DNA from: Capsulimonadaceae bacterium
Lineage (GTDB): Bacteria; Armatimonadota; Armatimonadia; Armatimonadales; Capsulimonadaceae
DNA: 64,000 nucleotides
Reading direction: 5' to 3'
Assembly (NCBI GenBank): GCA_965215505.1
Contig: OZ244065.1
Location: forward strand, 2,400,001 to 2,464,000
Of this stretch, positions 18,137 through 28,632 are shown piece by piece; the first letter of the stretch is position 1; every line of letters starts with the position of its first letter. The notes under the pieces were generated by a model, which worked only from the letters and a program-made list of their open reading frames with translations, was not told the DNA's origin and did no database searches. The translations under genes and the position numbers were made by a program.

Positions 18137-21040
18137 ATGAAACACCCCGCACGACTCACATCCGCAATCCTTGGAATGCTCCTTCTGGGAGCAGGCGCAC
18201 AGACCGCCCGCGCCGACGACGGCATCTTCCCGCCCGCGCCCGCCGCCGCGCCGTACATCAACTTCGACGGCAAGGGGTTCCTGCTGAACGGCAAGCGGAC
18301 CTTTATCGCCTCCGGCGGCATGGAATACAGCCGTGTCCCGCGCGCCCTGTGGCACGACCGGCTGCTGCGGCTCAAGCGGGCCGGGTTCAACACGGTCGAG
18401 ATCTACAACATGTGGAACTTCCACGAGCCGAAGAAGGGGCAGTTCGACTTCGCGGGCGACCACGATTTAGATGCCTTCCTGAAGATGGTCAAGGCGATGG
18501 ACCTGTACGCCATCGTCCGGGTCGGCCCCTACGTCTGCGCCGAGTGGGACAGCGGCGGCTACCCGGTCTGGCTGCGGTTTGAACCGGGCGTCCGCGTCCG
18601 CGAGGACAACCCGCAGTTCGAGGCCGCCGTGGACCGCTACTGGGAGAAGCTGATCCCGATCGTCGCGGCCAACCAGGTCAACCGGGGCGGGTCGGTCATC
18701 ATGGTGCAGCTAGAAAACGAGCACCCGCAGGGCTGGGGGAAGGAGATGCCCAACCCTTACTTCACGCACCTGCGCGACAAGGCCCTCTCGCTGGGCCTGC
18801 AAGTGCCCTACTTCTTCAGCGGCCTGCACCACGGCTCCGACCCCGCCGGGAACAACCCGTGGAGCAGCGCGGGGCGGACGAACCCCTGGTTCACGACGGA
18901 ATTCTGGACGGTCTGGTACGACAAGTACAACCAGACTCTGGCCGACGCCGACACCTACGACCGGCGCATGTGGAAGGTGATCGCCTATGGCGGCAACGGC
19001 CTGAACTTCTACATGCTGCACGGCGGGACCAACTTCGCTTCGTGGAACGACGATGAGGACGCTTCAAGCTACGACTACGGCACGGCCATCGGCCAGGCAG
19101 GTGACCTGCGGCCCACCTTCTACCGCTTCAAGCGGGCGGCCCTGTTCGCCCGCAGCTTCGCGAGCGTGCTAGAAGACAGCGACAACGCCTCGGACGCCTA
19201 CTCGGGCGCGTCCACGGATGCAGGCGTTCGTGTGGTCGCACGGCAGAGTCCGGCGGGGACGATCCTGTTCCTGGACAACGGCAGCCGAGAGGCGGTCCGA
19301 ACGCAGGTGAAGGAGGCCGACGGCACGCTGTTCCCCACCTCGGGGCCGCTGACCGTCGCGCCGGGCCAGATACTGCCGGTCGTCAAAGATTACGCCTTGA
19401 TGCCGGGTGTGACGCTGGAACGCTCCACGCCTCTGATGGGCATCTTCCCGCAGGGCGGCACGACCACCCTGGTCGCCTACGGCCCGCCCGGCGAGCCTTT
19501 TGATGTCCGTTTCCGGGTGAACACGCCGGGCGGGCCTCCCGCGCCAGCGTTCAAGGGGACGTTCCAGGCCGGTGCCCCCCAGCCCTTCTCATTCCAGGTC
19601 GGGGCGACGACGGTGCGCGTCCTCGCCGTCAGCACCGACACGGCCGACCGCACCTGGTTCGTGGACGACAAGATCGTCGTCGGGCCGACGTTCGTCGGCG
19701 ACACGGCGACGCACGGCGGACACCTGAGCCTGATGACCGAGCGCGTCACAGGCGCGGCCACGGACGGCCTGGTCTATGGGCCGGGGCCGACCCCGACTCC
19801 ACTGCGGGGGGACGGCTCCGTCGCTCCGCTGACTGCCGCCCCCACCCTGAGCGCCTGGCGGATGCGGCGCGGGGACGCGGAAGCCAAACCGGGCTACCAG
19901 GATACCGCTTGGAAGACCAGCCCTGACCCGCTGCCGATGGGCGCGGACGGCGACTACGGCGCGTATGCCTGGTATCGCACGACGGTCAACGCGCCCAAGG
20001 CGGGGGCCTACTCGCTCCAAGTCGCGAACGCAGGCGACTGGTCCTCCGTCTTCGTCAACGGGCAGCACGCCGTGAGCAGCGCGGCCAAGCGGCCCGTCAC
20101 TCTCACCCTCCCGACGGGTCCGAGTCAGGTCGCGGTGCTGACCGCGCACTACGGGCGGCCCAAATTGTTCAACTACCTCGGCCCGATTGACAACCAGGGC
20201 ATCAAGGGCCTCGCCGGGCCGGTCACATTGGCCGTCGGCGGCAGCAACGGCCTCGCGCTGACGACCTGGCGCGTCAAGAACGACAACGCGCCCGACAAGG
20301 CTGCCCCACCCGCCGACACGACCGGCGCGGACTGGCGGGACGCCACGATCGGCCCGGACGTCTTCAACCGTCGGCGCGGGTTCGCCTGGTATCGGACGAC
20401 GCTGCCCGCCTTCCCCGGCGCGCACCGCCGCCTGCACTTCGAGGCCGTGGACGACAACGCGACCGTTTACCTCAACGGCAAGCAGGTCGCGACGCACGCG
20501 GGGTACAACGTGCCATTCGACGTGCCGCTGGACGCGGCCTGGAACGACGCCGGCCCGAACGAGCTGGCCGTGCTGGTCGAGAACACGGCCGGGACGGGCG
20601 GGATCAGCGGCGCGGCCTCGCTGGAGACGGCGGCGGCGGGCGACGAAACGCCGGTCCAGGGCTGGAAGATGCGCGGCGGCATTGACTACCCCGCCTCCGG
20701 TGTACGCTGGGCTGCCTCGACCGGCGACCAGCCCGACGGCGCACCGGCCTTCTACCGGGCGACTTTCGACACGAACCCGCCCGGCGCGACCGGCCCGCAC
20801 CCGATCCTGCGGGTGACGACGACCGGCCTGTCGCGCGGGTTTGTCTGGCTCAACGGCCACAACCTGGGCCGCTATCCGGAGAAGATCGCCGTGGACGGCC
20901 TGTACCTGCCCGAGTGCTGGCAGAAGGCGGGTCGCAACGAGGTGGTGATCTTCGACGAGGAGGGCCATGGACCCGCCCAGGTGCGGCTGACGGTGGAGCA
21001 GGCGGCCAGCCGCGTCGTCGTGCCGATGACGGAGAAATGA
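18137..21040 (+). CDS. Secreted GH35 beta-galactosidase with accessory jelly-roll domains
   Basis: Signal peptide; WNFHEP..GQFDF, RVGPYVCAEWDSGGYPVWL, QLENE, TEFW, YMLHGGTNF and SYDY. Confidence 0.85.
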   Translation: MKHPARLTSAILGMLLLGAGAQTARADDGIFPPAPAAAPYINFDGKGFLLNGKRTFIASGGMEYSRVPRALWHDRLLRLKRAGFNTVEIYNMWNFHEPKKGQFDFAGDHDLDAFLKMVKAMDLYAIVRVGPYVCAEWDSGGYPVWLRFEPGVRVREDNPQFEAAVDRYWEKLIPIVAANQVNRGGSVIMVQLENEHPQGWGKEMPNPYFTHLRDKALSLGLQVPYFFSGLHHGSDPAGNNPWSSAGRTNPWFTTEFWTVWYDKYNQTLADADTYDRRMWKVIAYGGNGLNFYMLHGGTNFASWNDDEDASSYDYGTAIGQAGDLRPTFYRFKRAALFARSFASVLEDSDNASDAYSGASTDAGVRVVARQSPAGTILFLDNGSREAVRTQVKEADGTLFPTSGPLTVAPGQILPVVKDYALMPGVTLERSTPLMGIFPQGGTTTLVAYGPPGEPFDVRFRVNTPGGPPAPAFKGTFQAGAPQPFSFQVGATTVRVLAVSTDTADRTWFVDDKIVVGPTFVGDTATHGGHLSLMTERVTGAATDGLVYGPGPTPTPLRGDGSVAPLTAAPTLSAWRMRRGDAEAKPGYQDTAWKTSPDPLPMGADGDYGAYAWYRTTVNAPKAGAYSLQVANAGDWSSVFVNGQHAVSSAAKRPVTLTLPTGPSQVAVLTAHYGRPKLFNYLGPIDNQGIKGLAGPVTLAVGGSNGLALTTWRVKNDNAPDKAAPPADTTGADWRDATIGPDVFNRRRGFAWYRTTLPAFPGAHRRLHFEAVDDNATVYLNGKQVATHAGYNVPFDVPLDAAWNDAGPNELAVLVENTAGTGGISGAASLETAAAGDETPVQGWKMRGGIDYPASGVRWAASTGDQPDGAPAFYRATFDTNPPGATGPHPILRVTTTGLSRGFVWLNGHNLGRYPEKIAVDGLYLPECWQKAGRNEVVIFDEEGHGPAQVRLTVEQAASRVVVPMTEK

Positions 21041-21055
21041 CGAAGGAGAAGTATG

Positions 21056-21086
21056 GCCGCCCGCGCCTTAAACGCGGGCGGCTTTT
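21056..21086 (+). terminator. Intrinsic terminator
   Basis: GCCGCCCGCG-loop-CGCGGGCGGC-TTTT after GH35. Confidence 0.7.
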
Positions 21087-21090
21087 CCCT

Positions 21091-21117
21091 TAAGAAATCC
21101 CCACAGACTGCCAATAA
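21091..21117 (+). promoter_or_regulatory. sigma28 (FliA)-like promoter for the chemoreceptor
   Basis: TAAG-N15-GCCAATAA versus consensus TAAA-N15-GCCGATAA. Confidence 0.65.
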
Positions 21118-21185
21118 TACCGGAAGAAAGATTTTGGCGGTTTTGCGAGCGCGTGTCACGCCCGCAGAGAGGACACGGAAGGGAT

Positions 21186-22955
21186 ATGAAATGGTTTCCC
21201 CGCGTCGGCGGTGGTCTGCGGAAGTTGAAGACGCTGGAGGTCCGGTTCGCCCTCGTTAACCAGGCCTCTAACGAAGGCTTGTGGGACATGTCGGTGATCG
21301 CGGGCGACCCGATCAACCCCAGCAACGAGTTCTGGTGGTCCGACCAGTTCCGCAAGATGCTCGGCTACGAGGGCGAGCGCGACTTCCCCAACGTCCTCGA
21401 CTCCTGGGCCTCCAGGCTCCACCCCGACGACAAGGACACCGTCCTCCAGGCCTTCGGTGCCCACCTCACCGACTACTCCGCCCGCACCCCCTACGACATC
21501 GAGTACCGCCTGCTCACCAAGGCCCAGGGCTACCGCTGGTTCCGCGCGCGCGGAACCACCCTCCGCGACGCCCAGGGCGTGCCCCTGCGCGTCGCCGGGT
21601 CGCTCGCCGACACCACGGAGCAGAAGCGGCAGGCATTAGAGACGCAGACGCTGCAAACCCGGTTCGAGCTGGTCAACCAGGCCTCCAGCGACGGCCTGTG
21701 GGACATGTCGGTGATCGCGGGCGACCCGATCAACCCCAGCAACGAGTTCTGGTGGTCCGACCAGTTCCGCAAGATGCTCGGCTACGAGGGCGAGCGCGAC
21801 TTCCCCAACGTCCTCGACTCCTGGGCCTCCAAGCTCCACCCCGACGACAAGGACACCGTCCTCCAGGCCTTCGGTGCCCACCTCACCGACTACTCCGCCC
21901 GCACCCCCTACGACATCGAGTACCGCCTGCTCACCAAGGCCCAGGGCTACCGCTGGTTCCGCGCGCGCGGAACCACCCTCCGCGACGCCCAGGGCGTGCC
22001 CCTGCGCGTCGCCGGGTCGCTCGCCGACATCACCATCGAGAAGCAGCGCATCCTCCAGGCGCAGTCCATCGCCGAAACCGCCTCGCGGGCCAGCGGCGAG
22101 GTCGCGGTCACGGCCGAGAGCCTAGCGGCGGGGGCGCGCAGCCAGACGCAGCAGACGCAGCAGAACGCGGCGGCATTGGAGGAGATGCTCCGCTCGCTGA
22201 CCGCCACCAACCGGAACGCGCTCCAGGCGACCCAGACCGCCAACGAGGCGGGCGCGACGGCGGAGGAAGGCGGCCTGGTCGTGGGCAAAACCATCCACGG
22301 CATGAACGCCATCGCGGGCGTCGTCAGCGAGGCGGCGGCCAAGGTGATGGAACTGGGCCAGAGCAGCCAGCGCGTAGGCGAGATCGTGGGCGTGATCAGT
22401 TCCATCGCCGAGCAGACCAACCTCCTGGCTTTGAACGCCGCCATCGAGGCGGCGCGGGCCGGCTCCGAGGGGCGCGGGTTCGCCGTCGTCGCCGACGAGG
22501 TCCGCAAGCTGGCCGAACACACCGCCGTCTCCACCCGCGAGATCGCAAGCGTCATCTCCCAGATCCAGAAGGACACGGCGGAGGCCCTGCGCTCCATCCA
22601 GCAGGGCAAGCAGGAAGTGGACCGGGGCAAGGAACTCGCCGCCCAGGCCGAGGAGTCCCTCTCCAAGATCATCCAGGCCGCCCGCCAGGTGGACCTCATC
22701 ATCGCCCAGGTCGCGACCGCCAGCCAGCAGCAGCTCGCCACCAGCGAGCAGCTCGCGCAGAGTACCGAACTCATCAGCGAGATCACCAAAGCCAATGAAA
22801 TCGGCCTGAGCGGGATGGTCACGGGTTCCGCCGAGATCGACGGCATCATCAAGGACCTTCTCCACTCGCTCACGACCGAGGGCGAGCAGGCAGCCGCCCC
22901 GAGCGCCGCCCCGGCCAAGCCGAAGGCGCGCGGGTTCCTGACGATGGTCGCGTGA
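21186..22955 (+). CDS. Cytoplasmic methyl-accepting chemotaxis protein with two PAS domains
   Basis: Two PAS_3-type repeats (GLWD...WWSDQF..MLGY...W...LHPDD...YRWFRARG) and the MCP hairpin [36 protein letters not shown]. No TM segment. Confidence 0.9.
   Translation: MKWFPRVGGGLRKLKTLEVRFALVNQASNEGLWDMSVIAGDPINPSNEFWWSDQFRKMLGYEGERDFPNVLDSWASRLHPDDKDTVLQAFGAHLTDYSARTPYDIEYRLLTKAQGYRWFRARGTTLRDAQGVPLRVAGSLADTTEQKRQALETQTLQTRFELVNQASSDGLWDMSVIAGDPINPSNEFWWSDQFRKMLGYEGERDFPNVLDSWASKLHPDDKDTVLQAFGAHLTDYSARTPYDIEYRLLTKAQGYRWFRARGTTLRDAQGVPLRVAGSLADITIEKQRILQAQSIAETASRASGEVAVTAESLAAGARSQTQQTQQNAAALEEMLRSLTATNRNALQATQTANEAGATAEEGGLVVGKTIHGMNAIAGVVSEAAAKVMELGQSSQRVGEIVGVISSIAEQTNLLALNAAIEAARAGSEGRGFAVVADEVRKLAEHTAVSTREIASVISQIQKDTAEALRSIQQGKQEVDRGKELAAQAEESLSKIIQAARQVDLIIAQVATASQQQLATSEQLAQSTELISEITKANEIGLSGMVTGSAEIDGIIKDLLHSLTTEGEQAAAPSAAPAKPKARGFLTMVA
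21280..22029 (+). repeat. Near-perfect intragenic direct repeat (about 333 bp, period 417 bp)
   Basis: 21280-21612 versus 21697-22029 are identical except AGG/AAG (R/K) by manual comparison. Confidence 0.9.
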
Positions 22956-22969
22956 ACACCCTTTTGCAG

Positions 22970-23003
22970 GCCGCCGCCCGATGGGCGGCGGCTTTTCCTT
23001 TTT
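22970..23003 (+). terminator. Intrinsic terminator
   Basis: GCCGCCGCCC-GAT-GGGCGGCGGC-TTTTCCTTTTT. Confidence 0.8.
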
Positions 23004-23029
23004 CGCCGGGGCGTGTCCCGTGCCTGTGC

Positions 23030-23059
23030 TTGACAACCCTCCCGCCTTTGGGCTAAAGT
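23030..23059 (+). promoter_or_regulatory. sigma70 promoter giving a leaderless aminotransferase mRNA
   Basis: TTGACA-18-TAAAGT; the ATG is 6 nt downstream and there is no SD. Confidence 0.65.
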
Positions 23060-23065
23060 AGCCCT

Positions 23066-24358
23066 ATGGAACCTACATCCACCAAAGACCTGACGCCGCA
23101 GCAAGTCGAAGCGACCACGCAGGACGTCATCGAGAAGTACCAGAAGTTCGTCAACCCGACGCAGGTCGCCCTGCTCAAAGTCGGCGGGTTCGACCACATC
23201 GAACACCGCGCCGACGGGGTGACGCTGACCGACCTGGAAGGCAACACCTATATAGACTGCCTCGGCGGCTACGGCATCTTCTCGCTCGGGCACCGGCACC
23301 CCAAAGTGGTGGAGGCCGTCAAGCGGCAGCTCGACCTCATCCCGCTCGGCTCCAAGACCTTCCTGAACAAGCCGCTGGCCGACCTGTCGGCGAAGCTGGC
23401 TGAGGTTTCGCCGGGCCGCCTGCAATACTCTTTCATCAGCAATTCGGGGGCCGAAGCCGCCGAGGCCGCCCTGAAGATCGCCCGCATGGCCTCGGGCAAG
23501 ACCGACTTCATCTCGACTGAGGGTGCCTACCACGGCAAGACGATGGGCGCACTGGCCGTGACCGGCCGGGCGGTCTACCGCAAGCCGTTCGAGCCGATGC
23601 TGCCCGGCGGCTGCTTCGTCCCCTTCAACGACGCCGACGCCATCGAGGCGGCCATCACGGACAAGACAGCCGCCGTCATCCTGGAACCCGTGCAGGGCGA
23701 GGGCGGCATCCAGGTCCCCTCCCCCGACTACTTCCCGCGCGTCCGCGAGATCTGCGACAAGCGCGGCGTCCTGCTGATCGCCGACGAGGTGCAGACAGGC
23801 TTAGGCCGGACCGGCAAGATGTTCGCCGTGAACCACTGGGACGTCGCCCCCGACATCATGACCCTGGCGAAAGCCCTGGGCGGCGGCGTCATGCCCATCG
23901 GCGCGACGCTGGCGACGCCGGAGATCTGGAACAAGGTCTTCCACGAGAACCCCTTCATCCACACCACGACCTTCGGCGGCGGCGAGATGGCCTGCGCCGC
24001 AGCATTGGCGGCTCTGGAAGTGACGGTCGAAGAGGGCCTGCCCGCCAAAGCCGCCGAGAACGGCGCGTACTTCCTGCACGGCCTCAAGAGGATTCAGCAG
24101 GAGTACCCAAACGTGCTGAAAGAAGCGCGCGGCCTGGGCCTGATGCTGGGCGTCGAGTTCACCGACAGCGACATCGGCAAGCTGGTCATCGGCACGATGG
24201 TCCACCGGGGCGTCATCGCCGCCTACACGCTCAACAACGCCAAGGTCATCCGCTTCGAGCCGCCGCTTATCATCACCCGCCCCCAGATAGACCAGGTGCT
24301 TGGCGTGTTCGCGGCGGGCGTCCAGGACGCGATTGACCTGCTGGGGGACTTGATCTAG
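23066..24358 (+). CDS. Class III PLP aminotransferase (putrescine/acetylornithine aminotransferase-like)
   Basis: DCLGGYGIFSLGHRHP, NSGAEA, EPVQGEGG, DEVQTGLGRTG and LAKALGGG. Confidence 0.9.
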   Translation: MEPTSTKDLTPQQVEATTQDVIEKYQKFVNPTQVALLKVGGFDHIEHRADGVTLTDLEGNTYIDCLGGYGIFSLGHRHPKVVEAVKRQLDLIPLGSKTFLNKPLADLSAKLAEVSPGRLQYSFISNSGAEAAEAALKIARMASGKTDFISTEGAYHGKTMGALAVTGRAVYRKPFEPMLPGGCFVPFNDADAIEAAITDKTAAVILEPVQGEGGIQVPSPDYFPRVREICDKRGVLLIADEVQTGLGRTGKMFAVNHWDVAPDIMTLAKALGGGVMPIGATLATPEIWNKVFHENPFIHTTTFGGGEMACAAALAALEVTVEEGLPAKAAENGAYFLHGLKRIQQEYPNVLKEARGLGLMLGVEFTDSDIGKLVIGTMVHRGVIAAYTLNNAKVIRFEPPLIITRPQIDQVLGVFAAGVQDAIDLLGDLI

Positions 24359-24361
24359 CGA

Positions 24362-24889
24362 ATGGAGAGCAAGATGGACCCACAACTTGACGGGCTGACC
24401 AAGCTTTACAACAGGCATTATCTGCAAACGCTGGGCGAGGCTCTATGCAAACAGGCACAAACCGACAGCAACCTTCTCGGTTTCATCTATGCTGATGTTG
24501 ACGGGATGAACCATGTCTGTGACATACTCGGCTTACCGGCGGGCGACCGGCTCCTTGTGAAGTTCGCCCAGATTATCCGGGCGTACCTCAACGATGGCGC
24601 TGTGGCTGGCCGCACTGGGGGTGACGAGTTCTTGATAATCGCGCCGGTGAAAAGCGTTGAAGAACTGGCGGCACTCGCGGAGGCCATTCGCGAGGAGGCA
24701 AAAACCGTGGTCGTCATGGGTGGTTGTAATGATGAGGCCCCGTTTGACCCGGTGACGCTAACGCTGGGCCTGTCTTGTTACCGTCGGCATGGCGACGACC
24801 TCAAATCCTTGTGGATAGCCGCCGAGGAAGCAATGAGATGGGGCAAAAATTTGGGTAAAGATCGTGTCTGTTGGCCAAATCTTATCTAA
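24362..24889 (+). CDS. Stand-alone GGDEF domain protein
   Basis: DGLTKLYNR, GRTGGDEF, TLTLG and GKDRV. Lower GC. Confidence 0.8.
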   Translation: MESKMDPQLDGLTKLYNRHYLQTLGEALCKQAQTDSNLLGFIYADVDGMNHVCDILGLPAGDRLLVKFAQIIRAYLNDGAVAGRTGGDEFLIIAPVKSVEELAALAEAIREEAKTVVVMGGCNDEAPFDPVTLTLGLSCYRRHGDDLKSLWIAAEEAMRWGKNLGKDRVCWPNLI

Positions 24890-24942
24890 CACAGATTGTG
24901 AGCACCATTGGCAGTGATACCAGACAGTATGGGAGGAACACC

Positions 24943-25296
24943 ATGAACACCCGCCGCTTCACCGTTCTCGTCCTGACCGCCGCCTTCTGCGGCCTTTCCA
25001 TCCCTTCACACGCGCAGACGCCCGCGTCCAACCCGGCCGGCAGCTACCAGCCCCTCTCCCCCACCGCCGCCAAGATCACCCTGCCCAACGGCAGGACGGT
25101 TCGCGGCAATGTCATCGGGCAGATGGTGACCAGGAACGGCACCGTCTATGTCGTGGAAACGCGCCGGGGTCAAACGATCGTTGATGAGGCGGCGCTCCTC
25201 GGAATTCCTTCGATCCCGGTCGTCTGTCCTGACCGCCACCCCGAGCCGCTGCCGGACAGCAATGTTTCGCTGCCGAATGTTCACCTCTTCCACTGA
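24943..25296 (+). CDS. Hypothetical secreted protein
   Basis: GGAGG SD and a signal peptide (MNTRRFTVLVL...SHAQ). Confidence 0.6.
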   Translation: MNTRRFTVLVLTAAFCGLSIPSHAQTPASNPAGSYQPLSPTAAKITLPNGRTVRGNVIGQMVTRNGTVYVVETRRGQTIVDEAALLGIPSIPVVCPDRHPEPLPDSNVSLPNVHLFH

Positions 25297-25313
25297 GGGA
25301 CTGGGGGGACGTC

Positions 25314-26246
25314 ATGGACCGAGACGCCTTCCTGAAGCGGCGCAGCGCCGCGAGAGGCTTCACGCTCCCCGAGTTGCTGGGCGTGATGGCGCTTCTGGCC
25401 GTCCTCGCCGCCATCCTTTTTCCCATGTTCCAGGGAATGCACCCCCTCCCAAACGGCGCAGTCAGGGACGGCTCTGGCAAGCCCCTCCCAGGCGCGGTTC
25501 TGTGCTTCCGCGACCCGTCGGGGCGCGTCGCCGCCACTGTGACCGCCGACGATTACGGGAGTTTCCGGCAGAAGGGACTGGACGGCCTCAGCCATGACCC
25601 TGTGGATGGCTTCGGGCTGAGCTATGCCACGCGCCGCACCGGTGCGGGCACCCTCTACGTCTTCACGCCGCTCGGCACACACATCGCCACGTTCCGCGAC
25701 GAGGCAGGACAGCCCATTCCCGGTCTGGCCCTCACCTACGGTCCGGACCGGCAGACATGGCGGCATGGCTACCGGGAGCCGTTCCAGTCCGTCACTGGCG
25801 AGAGCGGAGTCGTTCGGATCGAGCAGGCACCGGCGGGCGCGCGTTTCGAGTTCCAGAGCCGCGACCCGAGGCGCATCGTCGAGCGGTTCCAAGCGACCGT
25901 TGACGGGAACACGGTCCGCTACGCCGTCACCGTCACCACGCCGGGCACGATCACCGGCTGCCTGCGGGATGAGGACGGCAACCCCTTACCGGGCTACAAG
26001 GCGTTCGCGACGGTCAGCCCGGACCTGGACCACTTCGACCGCTGGTATGCTGACTCCCTCGTGACCGGTGCGAACGGCCGGTTCCGTATCACGAATCTGA
26101 GGCCGCGCGTCTACTACGTCAGCGTGGCCCCGGCGCGCGGCTACCATGCCGCCGCCCCCGCTAAGCGCGTCAGCCTCGGCCCCGGCCAGACATCGGAGGT
26201 CGCCCTGCGGGCAGACACCATGGATCAAACACCCGATGACCACTGA
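25314..26246 (+). CDS. Prepilin-type N-terminal cleavage protein with carboxypeptidase-regulatory-like beta-sandwich repeats
   Basis: RG|FTLPELLGVMALLAVLAAILFP class III signal and repeated 'G.V.D..G.PLPG' units. Confidence 0.75.
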   Translation: MDRDAFLKRRSAARGFTLPELLGVMALLAVLAAILFPMFQGMHPLPNGAVRDGSGKPLPGAVLCFRDPSGRVAATVTADDYGSFRQKGLDGLSHDPVDGFGLSYATRRTGAGTLYVFTPLGTHIATFRDEAGQPIPGLALTYGPDRQTWRHGYREPFQSVTGESGVVRIEQAPAGARFEFQSRDPRRIVERFQATVDGNTVRYAVTVTTPGTITGCLRDEDGNPLPGYKAFATVSPDLDHFDRWYADSLVTGANGRFRITNLRPRVYYVSVAPARGYHAAAPAKRVSLGPGQTSEVALRADTMDQTPDDH

Positions 26247-26967
26247 ACCCAACCGCCCGCTCCTCGGCGTCCTCCTCGGCTTCGCCTGCGTCTTCTTCCT
26301 GTTCGTGAAGCGGGAGGAGAAGAAGCCGCCCCAAGACGACGCGGAAGCGATGCTTCAACACGCCCAGCAGCAGATGCGCGAGTCGCAGGCGAAGAACCGT
26401 TCGCGGGCGGTGGAGGCGATTACTCAGAAGAATAACCTGCAAGCCCTTTTTGACCAGACGCAGAAAATGGTGAATAACCTACAGGCGAAAGCACAGAAGG
26501 CCCGTGAAGAAGGGGATACCGGCCTTGAGCGTCAACTGACGGTGGAACAGGAGCGGTACGAACGGTCATTGGAAAAGATGGAGATCACTTTGCAGAGCGC
26601 GATCGGGGCTGCCGAGGCCGTCAAGACCGCCATGCGCCGAGAAGAGGAAGGCATCCGCACAAAGACCGCCGAGGCATTGTCGATGAAGGCGCAGTACCGG
26701 CAGGCGCAGATCGAGTTCGAGATCGAACAAAGCCGCCTGGGCATGACGACGACGAAGGCGGGCGACCTGTTCGAGCGTGCCCAGGCCAAAATTCAGCAGG
26801 CACAGGCGCGGCGGGACCTGATGGCGCGGATACGGAAGGCGGCGGAGGCATTGGAAGAAGCCGCCGAAGCGGCGGAGCGCAATGGGGATGCGGCTCTGAG
26901 CCGACGGCTGCTGTCGGAGCAGGAAGGTTTGAAGCGGGCGGCGCTCGACCCGAAGTTATGGCAATAA
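26236..26967 (+). CDS. PspA/IM30 family protein with N-terminal TM helix
   Basis: Coiled coil 'MRESQAKNRSRAVEAITQKNNL...AQKA...GD..L..QL..EQ..YE'; N-terminal LLGVLLGFACVFFLFV. Confidence 0.65.
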   Translation: MTTEPNRPLLGVLLGFACVFFLFVKREEKKPPQDDAEAMLQHAQQQMRESQAKNRSRAVEAITQKNNLQALFDQTQKMVNNLQAKAQKAREEGDTGLERQLTVEQERYERSLEKMEITLQSAIGAAEAVKTAMRREEEGIRTKTAEALSMKAQYRQAQIEFEIEQSRLGMTTTKAGDLFERAQAKIQQAQARRDLMARIRKAAEALEEAAEAAERNGDAALSRRLLSEQEGLKRAALDPKLWQ

Positions 26968-27106
26968 ACTCGGGCAGAGGGGCAACAGACCGGCACGGCC
27001 TGTCCCCGTGCATTTGTTCCCTTGTCCCTTGAACAAATCTTGGTGCAGCGAGTGATTTTAATCACTCGTCCTTCCTGCCCCCGTTTACCAGGGAGTACGA
27101 GGTCAG

Positions 27107-27129
27107 AGGGGCGCGGCTTGCCGCGCCCC

Positions 27130-27133
<4 letters not shown>
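27107..27133 (-). repeat. GTAG-type REP-like hairpin (family A) overlapping the glpK stop
   Basis: Minus strand GTAAGGGGCGCGGCAAGCCGCGCCCCT. Confidence 0.6.

Positions 27134-28628
<1,495 letters not shown>

Positions 28629-28632
<4 letters not shown>

Noticed and set aside
21280-22029. Possible DGR template/variable repeat pair
   Set aside because: Both copies are in-frame PAS domains with one mismatch, and there is no reverse transcriptase in the window.
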